Of a stretch of 64,000 nucleotides of DNA, positions 33,316 to 44,196 are shown piece by piece. The stretch's first letter is position 1, and every line of letters begins with the position of its first letter. The notes beneath the pieces were generated by a model. The model was not told where the DNA came from. It made no database searches and saw only the letters and a list, made by a program, of their open reading frames with translations. The position numbers and the translations under genes are program-made. The DNA comes from an uncultured Pelagibacteraceae bacterium (GTDB lineage Bacteria > Pseudomonadota > Alphaproteobacteria > Pelagibacterales > Pelagibacteraceae): NCBI GenBank assembly GCA_902587145.1, contig CACIKD010000001.1, forward strand, positions 122,805 through 186,804, written 5' to 3'.

Positions 33316-34683
33316 TTAATTAATACCTTTGATCCCAAGCTGTTTGAGTTTTCTGTGTAATGCTGATCGTTCCATACCAATAAAATCAGCTGTTTTAGAG
33401 ATATTTCCATGATTTTTTTTTAATTGTATTGTCAGGTATTCTTTTTCAAATTGCTCTCTTGCTTCTTTCAGAGGAGATGTGAAGGTATCCTTAAAAGTTG
33501 CAAAATCATTCTGGCCTTTATTATTTAATATATCGCTTATAGATTTGTCTATATTTTCTTTAGTTTCATTTGCTGAAACTATTGTGATCCTCTCAATCAA
33601 ATTTCTTAGCTCTCTTACATTCCCAGGCCAATTATGAGTGTAGAGTTGATCATTTTTAGTATTAATATCAATTTCTTGAACTCCATTAATTTCAGATACC
33701 TTTTTTTTAAAGTAATTTATTAAGTCTGGAATATCTTCAGTTCTTGATGCAAGAGGACTTAATTCAATTGGGACAACATTTAATCTATGAAAAAAATCTT
33801 CCCTGAATTTTCCTGATGTTACTTCCGCATTTAAATTTTTTGATGTTGAAGAAATTATTCTAATGTTAACATTTATATCTTTTTTTCCATTAATCCTTTT
33901 GAATTTTTGATCAATTAAAACTCTTAAGATATTTGCTTGAGTTTCTAAGGGTATTTCACTGACTTCATCAATTAATAAAGTTCCTTTATTTGCTCTGTCT
34001 AGAACTCCAAAAGATATTGTACCGTCCTCAAATTCCTGACCAAATAGTTCTTTTTCATAAGTTTTTTCCTTTAAGGAGGCGGCATTAATCACAACGAAAG
34101 GTTTTTTGTCTCGTGATGAAAGTTTGTGAATTTTCCTAGCTACTAATTCTTTTCCTGATCCAGTAGGTCCTGAAATTAAAACTCTACTATCAGCATTAGA
34201 TAATTTTTCAATTATTTTTTTTACTTTTATTATAGATGGACTTTGGCCAATAAGCTCAAAAGAATGAAATAATTTATTTTCAATAATATCCCTTTCTTCT
34301 TTTAGATTTGCTGTTTCTAAAGCTCTATAAACGTAATTCAATAATTTATCTGTCGAAAAAGAAGCTCCTTTTTCTATAAATTCATAGGCACCTAATCTTA
34401 TAGACTCAAGTGCTATTTGAACAGTTGCATGTCCAGAAATCATTATAATAGGAATCGAACTATTCTTTTTGATAAGCATTTTTAACAAGTCAATTCCATC
34501 TTTATCAGCTCTATCTAGTTTAATGTCTATTATTGCTAAATCTGGAAGTTTCTTATTTATTTCGAGAACTGCCTGATCATAATTTGCTGCAGATCTGACA
34601 CTAAAGTTTTTTTCTTTTAAGATATTGCAGATTAAATATCTTATATCAGGATTGTCATCTATTACTAGAATTTCTTTATTCAT
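33316..34683 (-). CDS. ntrX: Response regulator NtrX (REC-AAA+-Fis HTH)
   Basis: DD..D..SGH receiver, GPTGSGKE, WPGNVRELRN, ERSALHRKLK; no GAFTGA motif. Confidence 0.95.
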   Translation of the reverse strand: MNKEILVIDDNPDIRYLICNILKEKNFSVRSAANYDQAVLEINKKLPDLAIIDIKLDRADKDGIDLLKMLIKKNSSIPIIMISGHATVQIALESIRLGAYEFIEKGASFSTDKLLNYVYRALETANLKEERDIIENKLFHSFELIGQSPSIIKVKKIIEKLSNADSRVLISGPTGSGKELVARKIHKLSSRDKKPFVVINAASLKEKTYEKELFGQEFEDGTISFGVLDRANKGTLLIDEVSEIPLETQANILRVLIDQKFKRINGKKDINVNIRIISSTSKNLNAEVTSGKFREDFFHRLNVVPIELSPLASRTEDIPDLINYFKKKVSEINGVQEIDINTKNDQLYTHNWPGNVRELRNLIERITIVSANETKENIDKSISDILNNKGQNDFATFKDTFTSPLKEAREQFEKEYLTIQLKKNHGNISKTADFIGMERSALHRKLKQLGIKGIN

Positions 34684-34686
34684 AAG

Positions 34687-36453
34687 TTAAATACTAGGTA
34701 GCCAAATTTCAATAGTTGTGCCTTTGTCTTTTTTAATTACAAATTCTCCTGAGTGTTCATTGATAATTTTATTAACTATAGGGAGTCCTAAACCTGTTCC
34801 CTTTTTTTTAGTAGTAAAATATGGCGTCATTACTTTTTTTGTATCTGAAATTCCTTCACCATTATCTTTTATAATAGAGACTATATAATCTTTATTGGTA
34901 AGAATATCTATCTCAATTTTACCCTCATATTTAGGCTTTTTATTCAGGATTTCTATAATTGACTCATCTGCATTTTTGATAATGTTAATGAATACTCTAT
35001 ATAGCTGCTCTTCATCTCCCATGATGAAATTTGATTTTTTATTTTTATTAAAAGAAATTTTACTTTTAAGAGATATTTTTAAAAAATTAATTGAGCGTAC
35101 AACCACTTCATTCAAATTAATTTTTTTAATCACAGGCCTTGGCATTCTCGCAAAGTTTGAAAATTCATTTACAAGTTTCTCAATATCTTTTATTTGACGA
35201 TTTATAGTTTGCAAATATTCATTAAATTCAGACTTGTCATCACCAATTTTTGAAGAATATTTTTCTTTAAGTCGATCCAAAGATAATTGAATTGGCGTAA
35301 GCGGATTTTTGATCTCATGAGCAAGTTTTCTCGCAACTGTTTCCCAAGCTTCATATCTTTCAGTTGCTAACAGCTTATCTTGTTGCTTTTTTAATCTTGT
35401 TATCATGTTGTTAAAATTTAAATTTAATCTTTTAATTTCTTCATCTGCTTCAATATTCGGAACTTTTGCATTTAGTTCGCCTTTGCTTATGTTTTCTGAT
35501 GCACTGATTAGATTGATTATGGGTTTAGTTAATCTTCTTGCGAAAGATATGGCAACTGCAGTCGATATAAATAATAATAAAGTTACAACTATTATATAAA
35601 TAATGGCAAAGGTAATTTTAATGCCTGTTTGGCTATTCTCAACTGAATAATAAAAATCGACTGCTTTTTCTGTTTCATTAAGATATTTTAAAATTTCTGG
35701 GTCTATGTTTCTTGAAATATAAAGATAAGTATCTATTAAAGAATTTAATTTAATCATTGCAGAAGTTTTATTTTCTAAATTTCCAGGGATAACAACTGGT
35801 GTTCCCTTTAATGCTTCATCTAGAGTTTCTTCACCTGGAAGTACAAATTCATTGGTAGAGACGCCAGTTTCTGACAGTAAAATATTTCCAGCACTATCAA
35901 TTAAATAAATATCATCTATTTTCCTCAGGATTTTTTCAGCACTTACTACTCTTAAAAACTGATTAGGATTAGAATAATAAAAATTAGATGCCCTATTCAA
36001 TCCTACACTCATTAAAATAATGTCAGATTTTATATTCTTTTTACTTTCCTCTAAATAATTTTTTGCAACATCATTTGAATTATTTACTGCCTGTGTAATT
36101 TGATCGTCAAAATATTTCTGTAAACCAAAGTTAAATATAAAAAGTGAAAAGATAGCTACTACAAGTGATGGAATTAATGTAAATATAGAAAAGAGAGAGA
36201 CATATTTTAAATTTGTTTGTGATCCAGATTTATTTTTTTTTCCAGCAGTGTAAAATCTGAAAAAATTCTTAAATATAAGACTAAAAAAAACTAATAATAG
36301 AATTATATCAATAGAGAGTAATAATAGTATATTTTTCTCGGTAAGAGGTATAAATCCCTCATTGATAAAAGTGAGGAATGTTAAAATTCCAAGAAAAATA
36401 CAAGTAAAAGAGGATAAAATAATCCAATTAAAATTTTTAATTATTTTAAACAT
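34687..36453 (-). CDS. ntrY: Sensor histidine kinase NtrY (no PAS domain)
   Basis: TM helices, periplasmic domain, HAMP, AHEIKNPLTPIQLS H-box, DNGEG and GTGLGL boxes. Confidence 0.93.
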   Translation of the reverse strand: MFKIIKNFNWIILSSFTCIFLGILTFLTFINEGFIPLTEKNILLLLSIDIILLLVFFSLIFKNFFRFYTAGKKNKSGSQTNLKYVSLFSIFTLIPSLVVAIFSLFIFNFGLQKYFDDQITQAVNNSNDVAKNYLEESKKNIKSDIILMSVGLNRASNFYYSNPNQFLRVVSAEKILRKIDDIYLIDSAGNILLSETGVSTNEFVLPGEETLDEALKGTPVVIPGNLENKTSAMIKLNSLIDTYLYISRNIDPEILKYLNETEKAVDFYYSVENSQTGIKITFAIIYIIVVTLLLFISTAVAISFARRLTKPIINLISASENISKGELNAKVPNIEADEEIKRLNLNFNNMITRLKKQQDKLLATERYEAWETVARKLAHEIKNPLTPIQLSLDRLKEKYSSKIGDDKSEFNEYLQTINRQIKDIEKLVNEFSNFARMPRPVIKKINLNEVVVRSINFLKISLKSKISFNKNKKSNFIMGDEEQLYRVFINIIKNADESIIEILNKKPKYEGKIEIDILTNKDYIVSIIKDNGEGISDTKKVMTPYFTTKKKGTGLGLPIVNKIINEHSGEFVIKKDKGTTIEIWLPSI

Positions 36454-36493
36454 ATAGTTAATTATTTATATAAATATAATATAAGTTTATACA

Positions 36494-37639
36494 ATGAGTT
36501 TCTGTTTAATCATTCTTGCTGGAGGTAATAGTCATAGATTTAGGTCTAATGTAGGCAAACCTTATCAAAAAATTGCTGGTAAATCATTAATTGAGATAAA
36601 CATTGATAAAGCAAGAAAAATTAAAGCAGTTAAAAAGATAATTCTTGTTTATAATAAAAAAGACTCCAAAAGAATCAAATCGCTAAAACTTAGAAATATT
36701 AAATTGATTTTAGGCGGGAAAAATAGACAGCAATCTGCTTTTAACGCATTGAAATATTTAATCAAAAATAAAGGTATCACAAAAGTTTTAATACATGATG
36801 TGGCTCGACCTAATTTCTCATTAAAATTACTCAAAACAATAGTTTCTAAAATGAGAAGTTATAAGGCCGTTGTTCCAAAAACTAATATAAACGATGCAAT
36901 AAAGCAAAAAATTGACTCGAGTTTAAGTGAATATATTTTAGGAAAAAATAGAGATAATTTATTTTTAACTCAAACACCGCAAGCCTTTAATCTTAAAGAA
37001 ATTTATCACTTACATAAAACGAACGCTGCTAAGTATAAAGATGATGATATTTCTCTCTACATGGATTTGAATAAAGTCCAGTTTATAGAAGGTGAAAAGA
37101 ATAATTTTAAAGTAACAGATTGGTCAGATTTTCAAAATCTGAAAAGTATATATAGATCAAAACAAAAAGTTGGAATTGGTTTTGATGTACACAGACTGGT
37201 TCCTAATAGAAAACTTTACCTAGCTGGACTAAAAATTAAATCAAAACTAGGGACACTTGGTCATTCAGATGGAGATCCTGTTCTTCATTCAATTACTGAC
37301 GCTATCTTAGGTGCATGCCAAATGGGTGATATTGGCCAAATGTTTTCAGATAAAAGTAAAAAATTTAAAAATATAAGATCAACCATCTTATTAAAAAAAG
37401 TTTTAAATCAAATAAAATTAAAAGGTTATTATGTTAATAATATAGATATAAATATAATTACTCAAACACCTAAAATCAAAAATTTAAAAAATAAAATGAT
37501 TAAAAATATTGCTAAGCTTTGTGAAATTACAAAAAACCAAATAAATATAAAAGGTAAAACAACTGAAAAATTAGGTATTATCGGAAAAGAAAAAGCTATA
37601 GCATGTGAAGTCATAGCGTCAGTAGTAAAATATGATTAA
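36494..37639 (+). CDS. ispDF: Bifunctional IspD/IspF (MEP pathway)
   Basis: HDVARP, QTPQAF (IspD); GFDVH, GHSDGD, TTEKLG (IspF). Confidence 0.96.
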   Translation: MSFCLIILAGGNSHRFRSNVGKPYQKIAGKSLIEINIDKARKIKAVKKIILVYNKKDSKRIKSLKLRNIKLILGGKNRQQSAFNALKYLIKNKGITKVLIHDVARPNFSLKLLKTIVSKMRSYKAVVPKTNINDAIKQKIDSSLSEYILGKNRDNLFLTQTPQAFNLKEIYHLHKTNAAKYKDDDISLYMDLNKVQFIEGEKNNFKVTDWSDFQNLKSIYRSKQKVGIGFDVHRLVPNRKLYLAGLKIKSKLGTLGHSDGDPVLHSITDAILGACQMGDIGQMFSDKSKKFKNIRSTILLKKVLNQIKLKGYYVNNIDINIITQTPKIKNLKNKMIKNIAKLCEITKNQINIKGKTTEKLGIIGKEKAIACEVIASVVKYD

Positions 37640-38138
37640 AACTTTTAATTATTTATTTGTTACTTTTTTTGGAATAGGAACAATAAGATTTGCTCCTGGA
37701 ACAATTACTTCCCTAATTACAACTGTTCTACTTTTTAGTTTATTTCATATTTTAAATTTTTCTAATAATGTAATTCTATTACTTCTTATTTTAGTTTTTT
37801 TATATTCTTTTTACGCGGTAGCTGAGTATATAAAAGAAAACGAAAACAAAGATCCTAAAGAAGTAGTTATAGATGAGGTTATAGGTCAGTCTATTCCAAT
37901 TTATTTATTTGAAATAGCGCACGGTTCAGAAAAAAGCTCACAGGAAGCAATGCTTTTTTATATTTATATTTTTGTATTGTTTAGGTTTTTTGACATTAAA
38001 AAACCATTTCCGGTCAATGTTTTTGATAAAAATTATAAAAATAGTTTTGGAGTAATTATCGATGATGTTATTGCAGGGTTTTATGTTGTTTTAACATTAA
38101 TTATTTTTATGATTATCAAATCGAGGTTTTTCACATGA
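37632..38138 (+). CDS. pgpA: Phosphatidylglycerophosphatase A
   Basis: APGT, DPKEVVIDEVIG, FRFFDIKKP, DDVIAG. Confidence 0.96.
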   Translation: MIKTFNYLFVTFFGIGTIRFAPGTITSLITTVLLFSLFHILNFSNNVILLLLILVFLYSFYAVAEYIKENENKDPKEVVIDEVIGQSIPIYLFEIAHGSEKSSQEAMLFYIYIFVLFRFFDIKKPFPVNVFDKNYKNSFGVIIDDVIAGFYVVLTLIIFMIIKSRFFT

Positions 38139-38602
38139 GTTTGAATAAAAAAATAGTTTCAATTCTAAAAAAGAAAAAACTTAAATTAGCAATAGCTGAG
38201 TCTTGCACTGGTGGATTACTCTCAGGTTCAATTACTTCTGTTAGTGGTGCCTCTAAAGTATTTTCATTAGGTTTAGTCACCTACTCTAATCAAGCTAAAA
38301 TAAGTATTTTAAAAGTACCTAAAAAAATTATTCAAAAACATGGTGCTGTTAGCGTTCAATGCTGTTTATCTATGGTTAATAATTTAAGCAAAATTAGTAG
38401 AAGTAAGCTTTGTATTTCTGTGACAGGTATAGCTGGTCCTAAAGGAGGGTCAAAGCAAAAACCGGTTGGGTTAGTTTATATTGGTATTAAGAAAGATAAG
38501 ATTGTTAAAGTAAATAGATATGTTTTTAAAAATCGAGGAAGAAATTATATTCAAAAAGCTACGGTTAATAAGGCTTTAAAATTAACTCATAATCTTCTCT
38601 AA
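38135..38602 (+). CDS. cinA: CinA C-terminal / PncC nicotinamide-nucleotide amidohydrolase
   Basis: AESCTGG, TYSN, HGAVS, TGIAGP. Confidence 0.95.
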   Translation: MSLNKKIVSILKKKKLKLAIAESCTGGLLSGSITSVSGASKVFSLGLVTYSNQAKISILKVPKKIIQKHGAVSVQCCLSMVNNLSKISRSKLCISVTGIAGPKGGSKQKPVGLVYIGIKKDKIVKVNRYVFKNRGRNYIQKATVNKALKLTHNLL

Positions 38603-38875
38603 TATTTGAGCTGTTAAAATATTTACTAAGAAGAAGATTACTATCACGTCAATGTAAAGTAAAAAAACTAATCTATTTCTAAACCTTCTTCTTTTTAGAA
38701 TTTTTGGTTTATCAGGGCTAAAATCTTCTTTCTTATTCGGTTTAAAATCGTAAGAAAATTTCCAGTAACTTGTATCTGTTTCGTTCGGGTCTCCTGTGTT
38801 GAAATATTTAATATACTCCACTAAATACCACCAAAAAACCAAAAACATGATTATAAGAGAAATAGTGCCAAACAT
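38582..38875 (-). CDS. Hypothetical small membrane protein (two TM helices)
   Basis: 97-aa ORF with two hydrophobic segments; start overlaps the ratA stop (TAATG). Confidence 0.75.
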   Translation of the reverse strand: MFGTISLIIMFLVFWWYLVEYIKYFNTGDPNETDTSYWKFSYDFKPNKKEDFSPDKPKILKRRRFRNRLVFLLYIDVIVIFFLVNILTAQILEKIMS

Positions 38876-39318
38876 TACTTGTATAGCTCTAAAGCTCTTT
38901 TTTCAAAAGCGTCTGCAATTTTATTCAAACCAAAATTAAAAGATTTTTTCATTATTGCATTTAATAAATTATTTTTTAACTCAAAATCAATATCAAATTC
39001 AAGTTGTGTAGAATTATTAATTTCTTTAAACTTCCATTCATTTTTCAAATGAGTAAGAGGTCCATCAATATTTGTTACTAAAATTTTATCTTTTTCCTTA
39101 TAGTAGTGGACTAAGCTTGTATAAGTCTCATTAATAATGCTTTTGCCGACTTTTAAATCAGCTTTAATTTCAACTAAATCACTACTCTCTTTTCTTGAAT
39201 GGATTTTGCCACTTAAGCACCAAGGCACAAATTCAGGATACTTTTCAATATCCAGAACCATTTCAATTAATTGATTTTTGTTACAGGGTATAATTTTTTT
39301 TATAGATGCGGATGACAT
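38875..39318 (-). CDS. ratA: RatA/PasT/Coq10-family START-domain protein
   Basis: [31 protein letters not shown]. Confidence 0.93.
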   Translation of the reverse strand: MSSASIKKIIPCNKNQLIEMVLDIEKYPEFVPWCLSGKIHSRKESSDLVEIKADLKVGKSIINETYTSLVHYYKEKDKILVTNIDGPLTHLKNEWKFKEINNSTQLEFDIDFELKNNLLNAIMKKSFNFGLNKIADAFEKRALELYK

Positions 39319-40247
39319 TCAAGCTGTCTATTTCTTGCGTCCTGTAATTTTCTAAAATCTTCATCAGCATGATAGGAAGATCTTGTTAAAGGTGAGGAAG
39401 ACACTAATAAAAAACCTTTTGACTTCGCTATCTCCTTGAACTCTTTAAATTCTTGTGGAGTATAATATTTAGACAAGGGATGGTGTTTAGGAGAAGGCTG
39501 TAAATATTGACCAATAGTAATAAAATCCACTTCAGCTGATCGTAAATCATCCATAACTTGAATAACTTCGTCTTTGTTTTCCCCTAAACCAACCATTATC
39601 CCAGACTTTGTAAAAACTTTTTTATTAAATGTTTTTGCATTTTTTAATAATTCTAAAGATGAAAAATATCGAGCTCCAGGTCTGACTTTTGTGTAAAGTC
39701 TTGGAACAGTTTCAATATTATGATTAAAAACATCGAGATCAGCATCCAAAACTTTTTTATATGCGTCACCCTTTCTTAAAAAATCTGGCGTTAAAACTTC
39801 TATAGATGTTTTTGGATTCATATTTCGAGTAGCTTCAACAACTTTGAAAAAATGTTCTGAGCCACCATCTTCTAAATCATCTCTATCAACTGAAGTAATC
39901 ACGACATGTTTTAAGTTTAAGTTTTTTACTGCTTTAGCAATTTTTATTGGTTCAAAAACATCAAGAGCGCTAGGTTTTCCAGTTTTTACATCACAGAAAG
40001 CGCAGGCTCTTGTGCATGTATCTCCCATTATCATAAAAGTAGCATGTTTTTTACTCCAGCATTCAGTAATATTTGGACAATTGGCTTCCTGACAAACAGT
40101 TACTAGATTATTTTGATTAACAACTTGTTTGGTTTGAAAGAAAACTTGAGAGTCAACAATCTTTGATCTAATCCATTCTGGCTTTCTTTTTATGGGATTG
40201 AAAGGTTTGTTAACTTTTTCTGGGTGTCTTTTATCTCTATCCATCAT
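39300..40247 (-). CDS. lipA: Lipoyl synthase
   Basis: [24 protein letters not shown] motifs. Confidence 0.99.
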   Translation of the reverse strand: MMDRDKRHPEKVNKPFNPIKRKPEWIRSKIVDSQVFFQTKQVVNQNNLVTVCQEANCPNITECWSKKHATFMIMGDTCTRACAFCDVKTGKPSALDVFEPIKIAKAVKNLNLKHVVITSVDRDDLEDGGSEHFFKVVEATRNMNPKTSIEVLTPDFLRKGDAYKKVLDADLDVFNHNIETVPRLYTKVRPGARYFSSLELLKNAKTFNKKVFTKSGIMVGLGENKDEVIQVMDDLRSAEVDFITIGQYLQPSPKHHPLSKYYTPQEFKEFKEIAKSKGFLLVSSSPLTRSSYHADEDFRKLQDARNRQLECHPHL

Positions 40248-40540
40248 TTAAGTTTAATAATTATTTCTTCTTTTTTTCCAAATTTAAGTTTTTCTCTATA
40301 TAAAGTTTCTACGTAGTCTAGATTTAAGTCAGTTGACAAAAGTTTATTTTTTTTTTCAAATTCATTTAATTTTTTAGATAACATGTTTTTCTTCTCAATC
40401 AGATTTTTATGTTTTTTTTCTTTTTCATAATACGAAATTAAACCTCTTTCACCACCAATCATATTTGTAGCGATGTATAAAGTAAGCAAAATATTTAATA
40501 ACAGCAATTTCTTTTTTGCAAAAAAGTTAAATAGTCTCAT
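40244..40540 (-). CDS. ftsB: Septum formation initiator FtsB/DivIC
   Basis: TM helix, GERG, coiled coil, LYREKL; downstream of eno. Confidence 0.85.
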   Translation of the reverse strand: MRLFNFFAKKKLLLLNILLTLYIATNMIGGERGLISYYEKEKKHKNLIEKKNMLSKKLNEFEKKNKLLSTDLNLDYVETLYREKLKFGKKEEIIIKLK

Positions 40541-40542
40541 AT

Positions 40543-41754
40543 TTAAATTTTAGCCATTTTTGACTGATTTCCAAGCTTCTCTTCAATTCTCAAAAGCCTA
40601 TTATATTTAGAAACCCTCTCTGATCTAGCCAAAGAACCTGTTTTGATTTGAGAAGAATTAGTCGCAACTGCTAAATCAGCAATAAAAGTATCTTCTGAGT
40701 CGCCTGATCTGTGAGAAATTATGGTTTTAAAATTGTTCTCTTTAGCAAGTTTTATTGTATCAAGTGTTTCACTTACTGTTCCTATTTGATTTGGTTTGAT
40801 TAAAATAGTGTTAGCTGATTTTTCTTTAATTCCTTTTTCCAATCTTTTTTTATTTGTAACAAATAAATCATCTCCAACAATTTGAGCTTTTATTTTCTGA
40901 GTTAAATTTTTCCAATTATCCCAATCATCTTCTGAAAAGGGATCTTCAATAGATTTAATTGGATATTTTTTCACAAGATCTAAGAAATATTGAACATTTT
41001 TTGGAACCTTTAGCTCATTTGCGGCCACATCTAAACAAATTGATACATCCTCGCCTGGTTTAAATCCTGATGAAGTTATTGAATTTAAAATAATTTCTAT
41101 AGCCTCTTCATCAGATCCTAAAGATGGTGCAAATCCACCCTCATCACCTACGCTTGTAGAAATTTTTTTACTTTCTAGACTTTTTTTCAAATTTTGTATA
41201 ACCATGAAGGACATCTGCATACATTCTTTAAAATTTTTTGCCCCATCTGGTCTAATCATGAACTCTTGAATTTCTAATGAGTTATTAGCATGGGCACCAC
41301 CATTAATGATATTCATTAAAGGATAGGGTATGCATAAAGGTTTGCTTTCAGTTTTAATATACTCATATATTTCTTTTTTTGAATATTTTGCGGCAGCTTT
41401 TAAATTTGCAATTGAAACTGCTAAAATAGAATTTGCACCTAGATTTGATTTGTTTTCTGTGCCATCTAAATTTATTAAAATTTTATCAATTTCACTTTGA
41501 TTTATTGAGTCTTTGTTTTCTAATACTTTAGAAATTTTATTATTTATGTTTTTTACAGCATCAAAAACGCTTTTATTCAAATAATTATTATTTTTATCTC
41601 TAAGTTCATGAGCTTCGTAGCGACCTGTGGAAGCTCCAGATGGCACTATTGAAGTACCTATAGTCTCGTCTTGTAAAATGATCTCGGCCTCAACCGTAGG
41701 GTTGCCTCTACTATCAAAGACTTGTCTGCCTTTTACACTTTTTATTTTTGACAT
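40543..41754 (-). CDS. eno: Enolase (short, 403 aa)
   Basis: DSRGNPTVE, PSGASTG, GDEGGFAP, VGDDL, KPNQIG, SHRSG. Confidence 0.98.
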   Translation of the reverse strand: MSKIKSVKGRQVFDSRGNPTVEAEIILQDETIGTSIVPSGASTGRYEAHELRDKNNNYLNKSVFDAVKNINNKISKVLENKDSINQSEIDKILINLDGTENKSNLGANSILAVSIANLKAAAKYSKKEIYEYIKTESKPLCIPYPLMNIINGGAHANNSLEIQEFMIRPDGAKNFKECMQMSFMVIQNLKKSLESKKISTSVGDEGGFAPSLGSDEEAIEIILNSITSSGFKPGEDVSICLDVAANELKVPKNVQYFLDLVKKYPIKSIEDPFSEDDWDNWKNLTQKIKAQIVGDDLFVTNKKRLEKGIKEKSANTILIKPNQIGTVSETLDTIKLAKENNFKTIISHRSGDSEDTFIADLAVATNSSQIKTGSLARSERVSKYNRLLRIEEKLGNQSKMAKI

Positions 41755-41755
41755 T

Positions 41756-42577
41756 TTATTTAACTAATTTATCAATTTCAGTTAATTTTTTTAATAAAGT
41801 TTTTAATTCTTTAAGTGGAACCATATTTGGTCCATCTGAGGGAGCGTTATCTGGATCGTCATGAGTTTCTATAAATATTGCACCGACTCCAACCGCAATT
41901 GCAGCTCTGGCTAAATGAGGAACAAATTCTCTTTGCCCTCCACTTTTTTCGCCCATACCTCCTGGTTGTTGTACTGAGTGCGTTGCATCAAAAATAATTG
42001 GAAAACCAAATTTTGACATTATAGGTAAAGCTCTCATATCTGAAACAAGTGTGTTATATCCAAAACTGGCTCCTCTCTCTGTTAATAGAATATTTCTATT
42101 ACCCGAATCCTCTATTTTTTTTATAACATTAGCCATGTCCCAGGGAGCTAAAAATTGTCCTTTTTTAACATTAATTATTTTTCCTGTTTTTGCTGCAGCT
42201 ATTAATAAATCTGTTTGTCTGCATAAGAATGCTGGAATTTGTAAAACATCTACGTGGTTTGCTACTATTGAACATTGCTCAGCTGTATGGACATCAGTCA
42301 AAACTGGCACACCCACCTCTTTTCTGAGTTTGTCAAAAATAGGTAAAGATTTATCTAATCCCAAACCTCTTTTTCCTTTAAGACTTGTTCTGTTGGCTTT
42401 GTCAAAAGATGTTTTGTAAATAAGATTTATACCTAAGTCATTTGTAATTTTTTTTAATTCAGTGGAAATTTTTATTGCGTGTGTCTCGCTTTCAAGCTGA
42501 CATGGGCCGGCTATTAAAGTGAAAGGTTTATCGTTCCCTATTTCAAAATCATTACATTTTACTTTATGGTTTGTCAT
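41756..42577 (-). CDS. kdsA: KDO8P synthase
   Basis: [28 protein letters not shown]. Confidence 0.99.
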   Translation of the reverse strand: MTNHKVKCNDFEIGNDKPFTLIAGPCQLESETHAIKISTELKKITNDLGINLIYKTSFDKANRTSLKGKRGLGLDKSLPIFDKLRKEVGVPVLTDVHTAEQCSIVANHVDVLQIPAFLCRQTDLLIAAAKTGKIINVKKGQFLAPWDMANVIKKIEDSGNRNILLTERGASFGYNTLVSDMRALPIMSKFGFPIIFDATHSVQQPGGMGEKSGGQREFVPHLARAAIAVGVGAIFIETHDDPDNAPSDGPNMVPLKELKTLLKKLTEIDKLVK

Positions 42578-44196
42578 TTTTTTGAATAAGTTTTTGCAGC
42601 CTTTATAAATGACGAGAATAATGGATGTGGAGTTAAAGGTCTAGATTTAAATTCAGGATGAAACTGAACTCCAATAAACCATGGGTGATCATTTAATTCA
42701 ACTATTTCTGGTAATTTATTATCTGGAGAGAGACCTGAAAAAATCATACCTTTATTCTCAAATTTCTCTTTATAATTAATGTTAACTTCATACCTGTGAC
42801 GATGTCTTTCATTTATTTTTAAAGAATTATATATTTTGCTTACCTTTGTGTCTTTTTTAAGTCTAGCTTCATAACTACCTAAACGCATAGTCCCGCCCAA
42901 ATTTTTGTCAGTCCCCCTAATTAATTTTCCATCTTTTGTCCACTCACTCATTAAGCCAACAACAGATGCTTTAGAAGGACCAAATTCACTAGAGGTAGCA
43001 TTTTTGATGTTTAATTTGTTTCTAGCAAATTCAATTACTGCCATTTGCATTCCAAAACATATGCCTAAAAATGGAATATTATTTTTTCTAGCGAAATTAA
43101 TTGCTGCTATTTTTCCTTCGGTGCCCCTTTTACCAAAACCACCTGGTATAAGAATTCCTGAGACATCTTTTAATTTATTTTTTATTTCTCCTGGTTTAAG
43201 TCTGTCAGATTCTATTCTTATCAAATTTACTTTTAAATTATTGTTAATACCTCCATGTGTTAACGCTTCATCTAAAGATTTATAAGCGTCTTTTAATTCA
43301 ACATATTTTCCTATAATCGCAATATTTACAATTTTTTTTGTATTAAGAACAAGATTTGTAATTTTTTTCCAAGGTTCTAAATTTACTTTGTTTTTTGATT
43401 TTATTTTAAAAAACTTTAAAACTCTATCATCTAATTTTTCTTTATTAAAACTTATTGGTGCTTCATAAATAGTTTTAACATCGACTGTTTCTATAACATC
43501 TTCAATGCTCACATTACAAAATAAAGAAATTTTTTTTCGTTGGTCTAATGGGATAGTTCTCTCAGATCTACAAATTATTATATCAGGTTGAATACCAATA
43601 CTCCTTAATTCTTTAACAGAGTGTTGAGTTGGTTTAGTTTTAATTTCATCTGAAGCCTTCATATATGGAACTAGAGTTAAATGTATGAATAAGGTATTTT
43701 TTCTTCCTATTTCATTAGAAAACTGCCTGATGGCTTCTAAGAATGGAAGACTTTCAATATCACCTACAGTTCCACCAATTTCACAGATTACAAAATCCTC
43801 TTTTGAAACATCGTTCTTTATAAACTCTTTTATTCTATTTGTAATATGTGGAATTACTTGAACAGTTTTACCTAAATATTTACCTTGTCGCTCTCTTTTA
43901 AGAACATCATTATAAATTTTTCCAGTTGTAATATTGTCAGATTTTTTTGCAGATATACCAGAAAATCTTTCGTAGTGACCTAAATCTAAATCAGTTTCAG
44001 CACCGTCGTCTGTTACGTAAACCTCTCCATGTTGAAACGGGCTCATTGTTCCGGGATCAACATTTAAATAAGGGTCTAATTTTCTTATTCTAACTTTGTA
44101 GCCTCTTGATTGTAATAAGTAGGCAAGTGAAGCAGATGACAATCCTTTTCCTAAAGATGAAACCACGCCGCCAGTAACGAAAATATATCGCGCCAT
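42574..44196 (-). CDS. pyrG: CTP synthase
   Basis: [29 protein letters not shown]. Confidence 0.99.
   Translation of the reverse strand: MARYIFVTGGVVSSLGKGLSSASLAYLLQSRGYKVRIRKLDPYLNVDPGTMSPFQHGEVYVTDDGAETDLDLGHYERFSGISAKKSDNITTGKIYNDVLKRERQGKYLGKTVQVIPHITNRIKEFIKNDVSKEDFVICEIGGTVGDIESLPFLEAIRQFSNEIGRKNTLFIHLTLVPYMKASDEIKTKPTQHSVKELRSIGIQPDIIICRSERTIPLDQRKKISLFCNVSIEDVIETVDVKTIYEAPISFNKEKLDDRVLKFFKIKSKNKVNLEPWKKITNLVLNTKKIVNIAIIGKYVELKDAYKSLDEALTHGGINNNLKVNLIRIESDRLKPGEIKNKLKDVSGILIPGGFGKRGTEGKIAAINFARKNNIPFLGICFGMQMAVIEFARNKLNIKNATSSEFGPSKASVVGLMSEWTKDGKLIRGTDKNLGGTMRLGSYEARLKKDTKVSKIYNSLKINERHRHRYEVNINYKEKFENKGMIFSGLSPDNKLPEIVELNDHPWFIGVQFHPEFKSRPLTPHPLFSSFIKAAKTYSKK

Noticed and set aside
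33316-34683. Missing GAFTGA motif as a sign of a pseudogene
   Set aside because: Lack of GAFTGA is a known feature of NtrX, and the ORF is intact.
38875-39318. Toxin-antitoxin system (RatA/PasT annotation)
   Set aside because: No RatB/PasI partner is present; the family is better supported as Coq10-like, and the position after lipA is a conserved housekeeping context.
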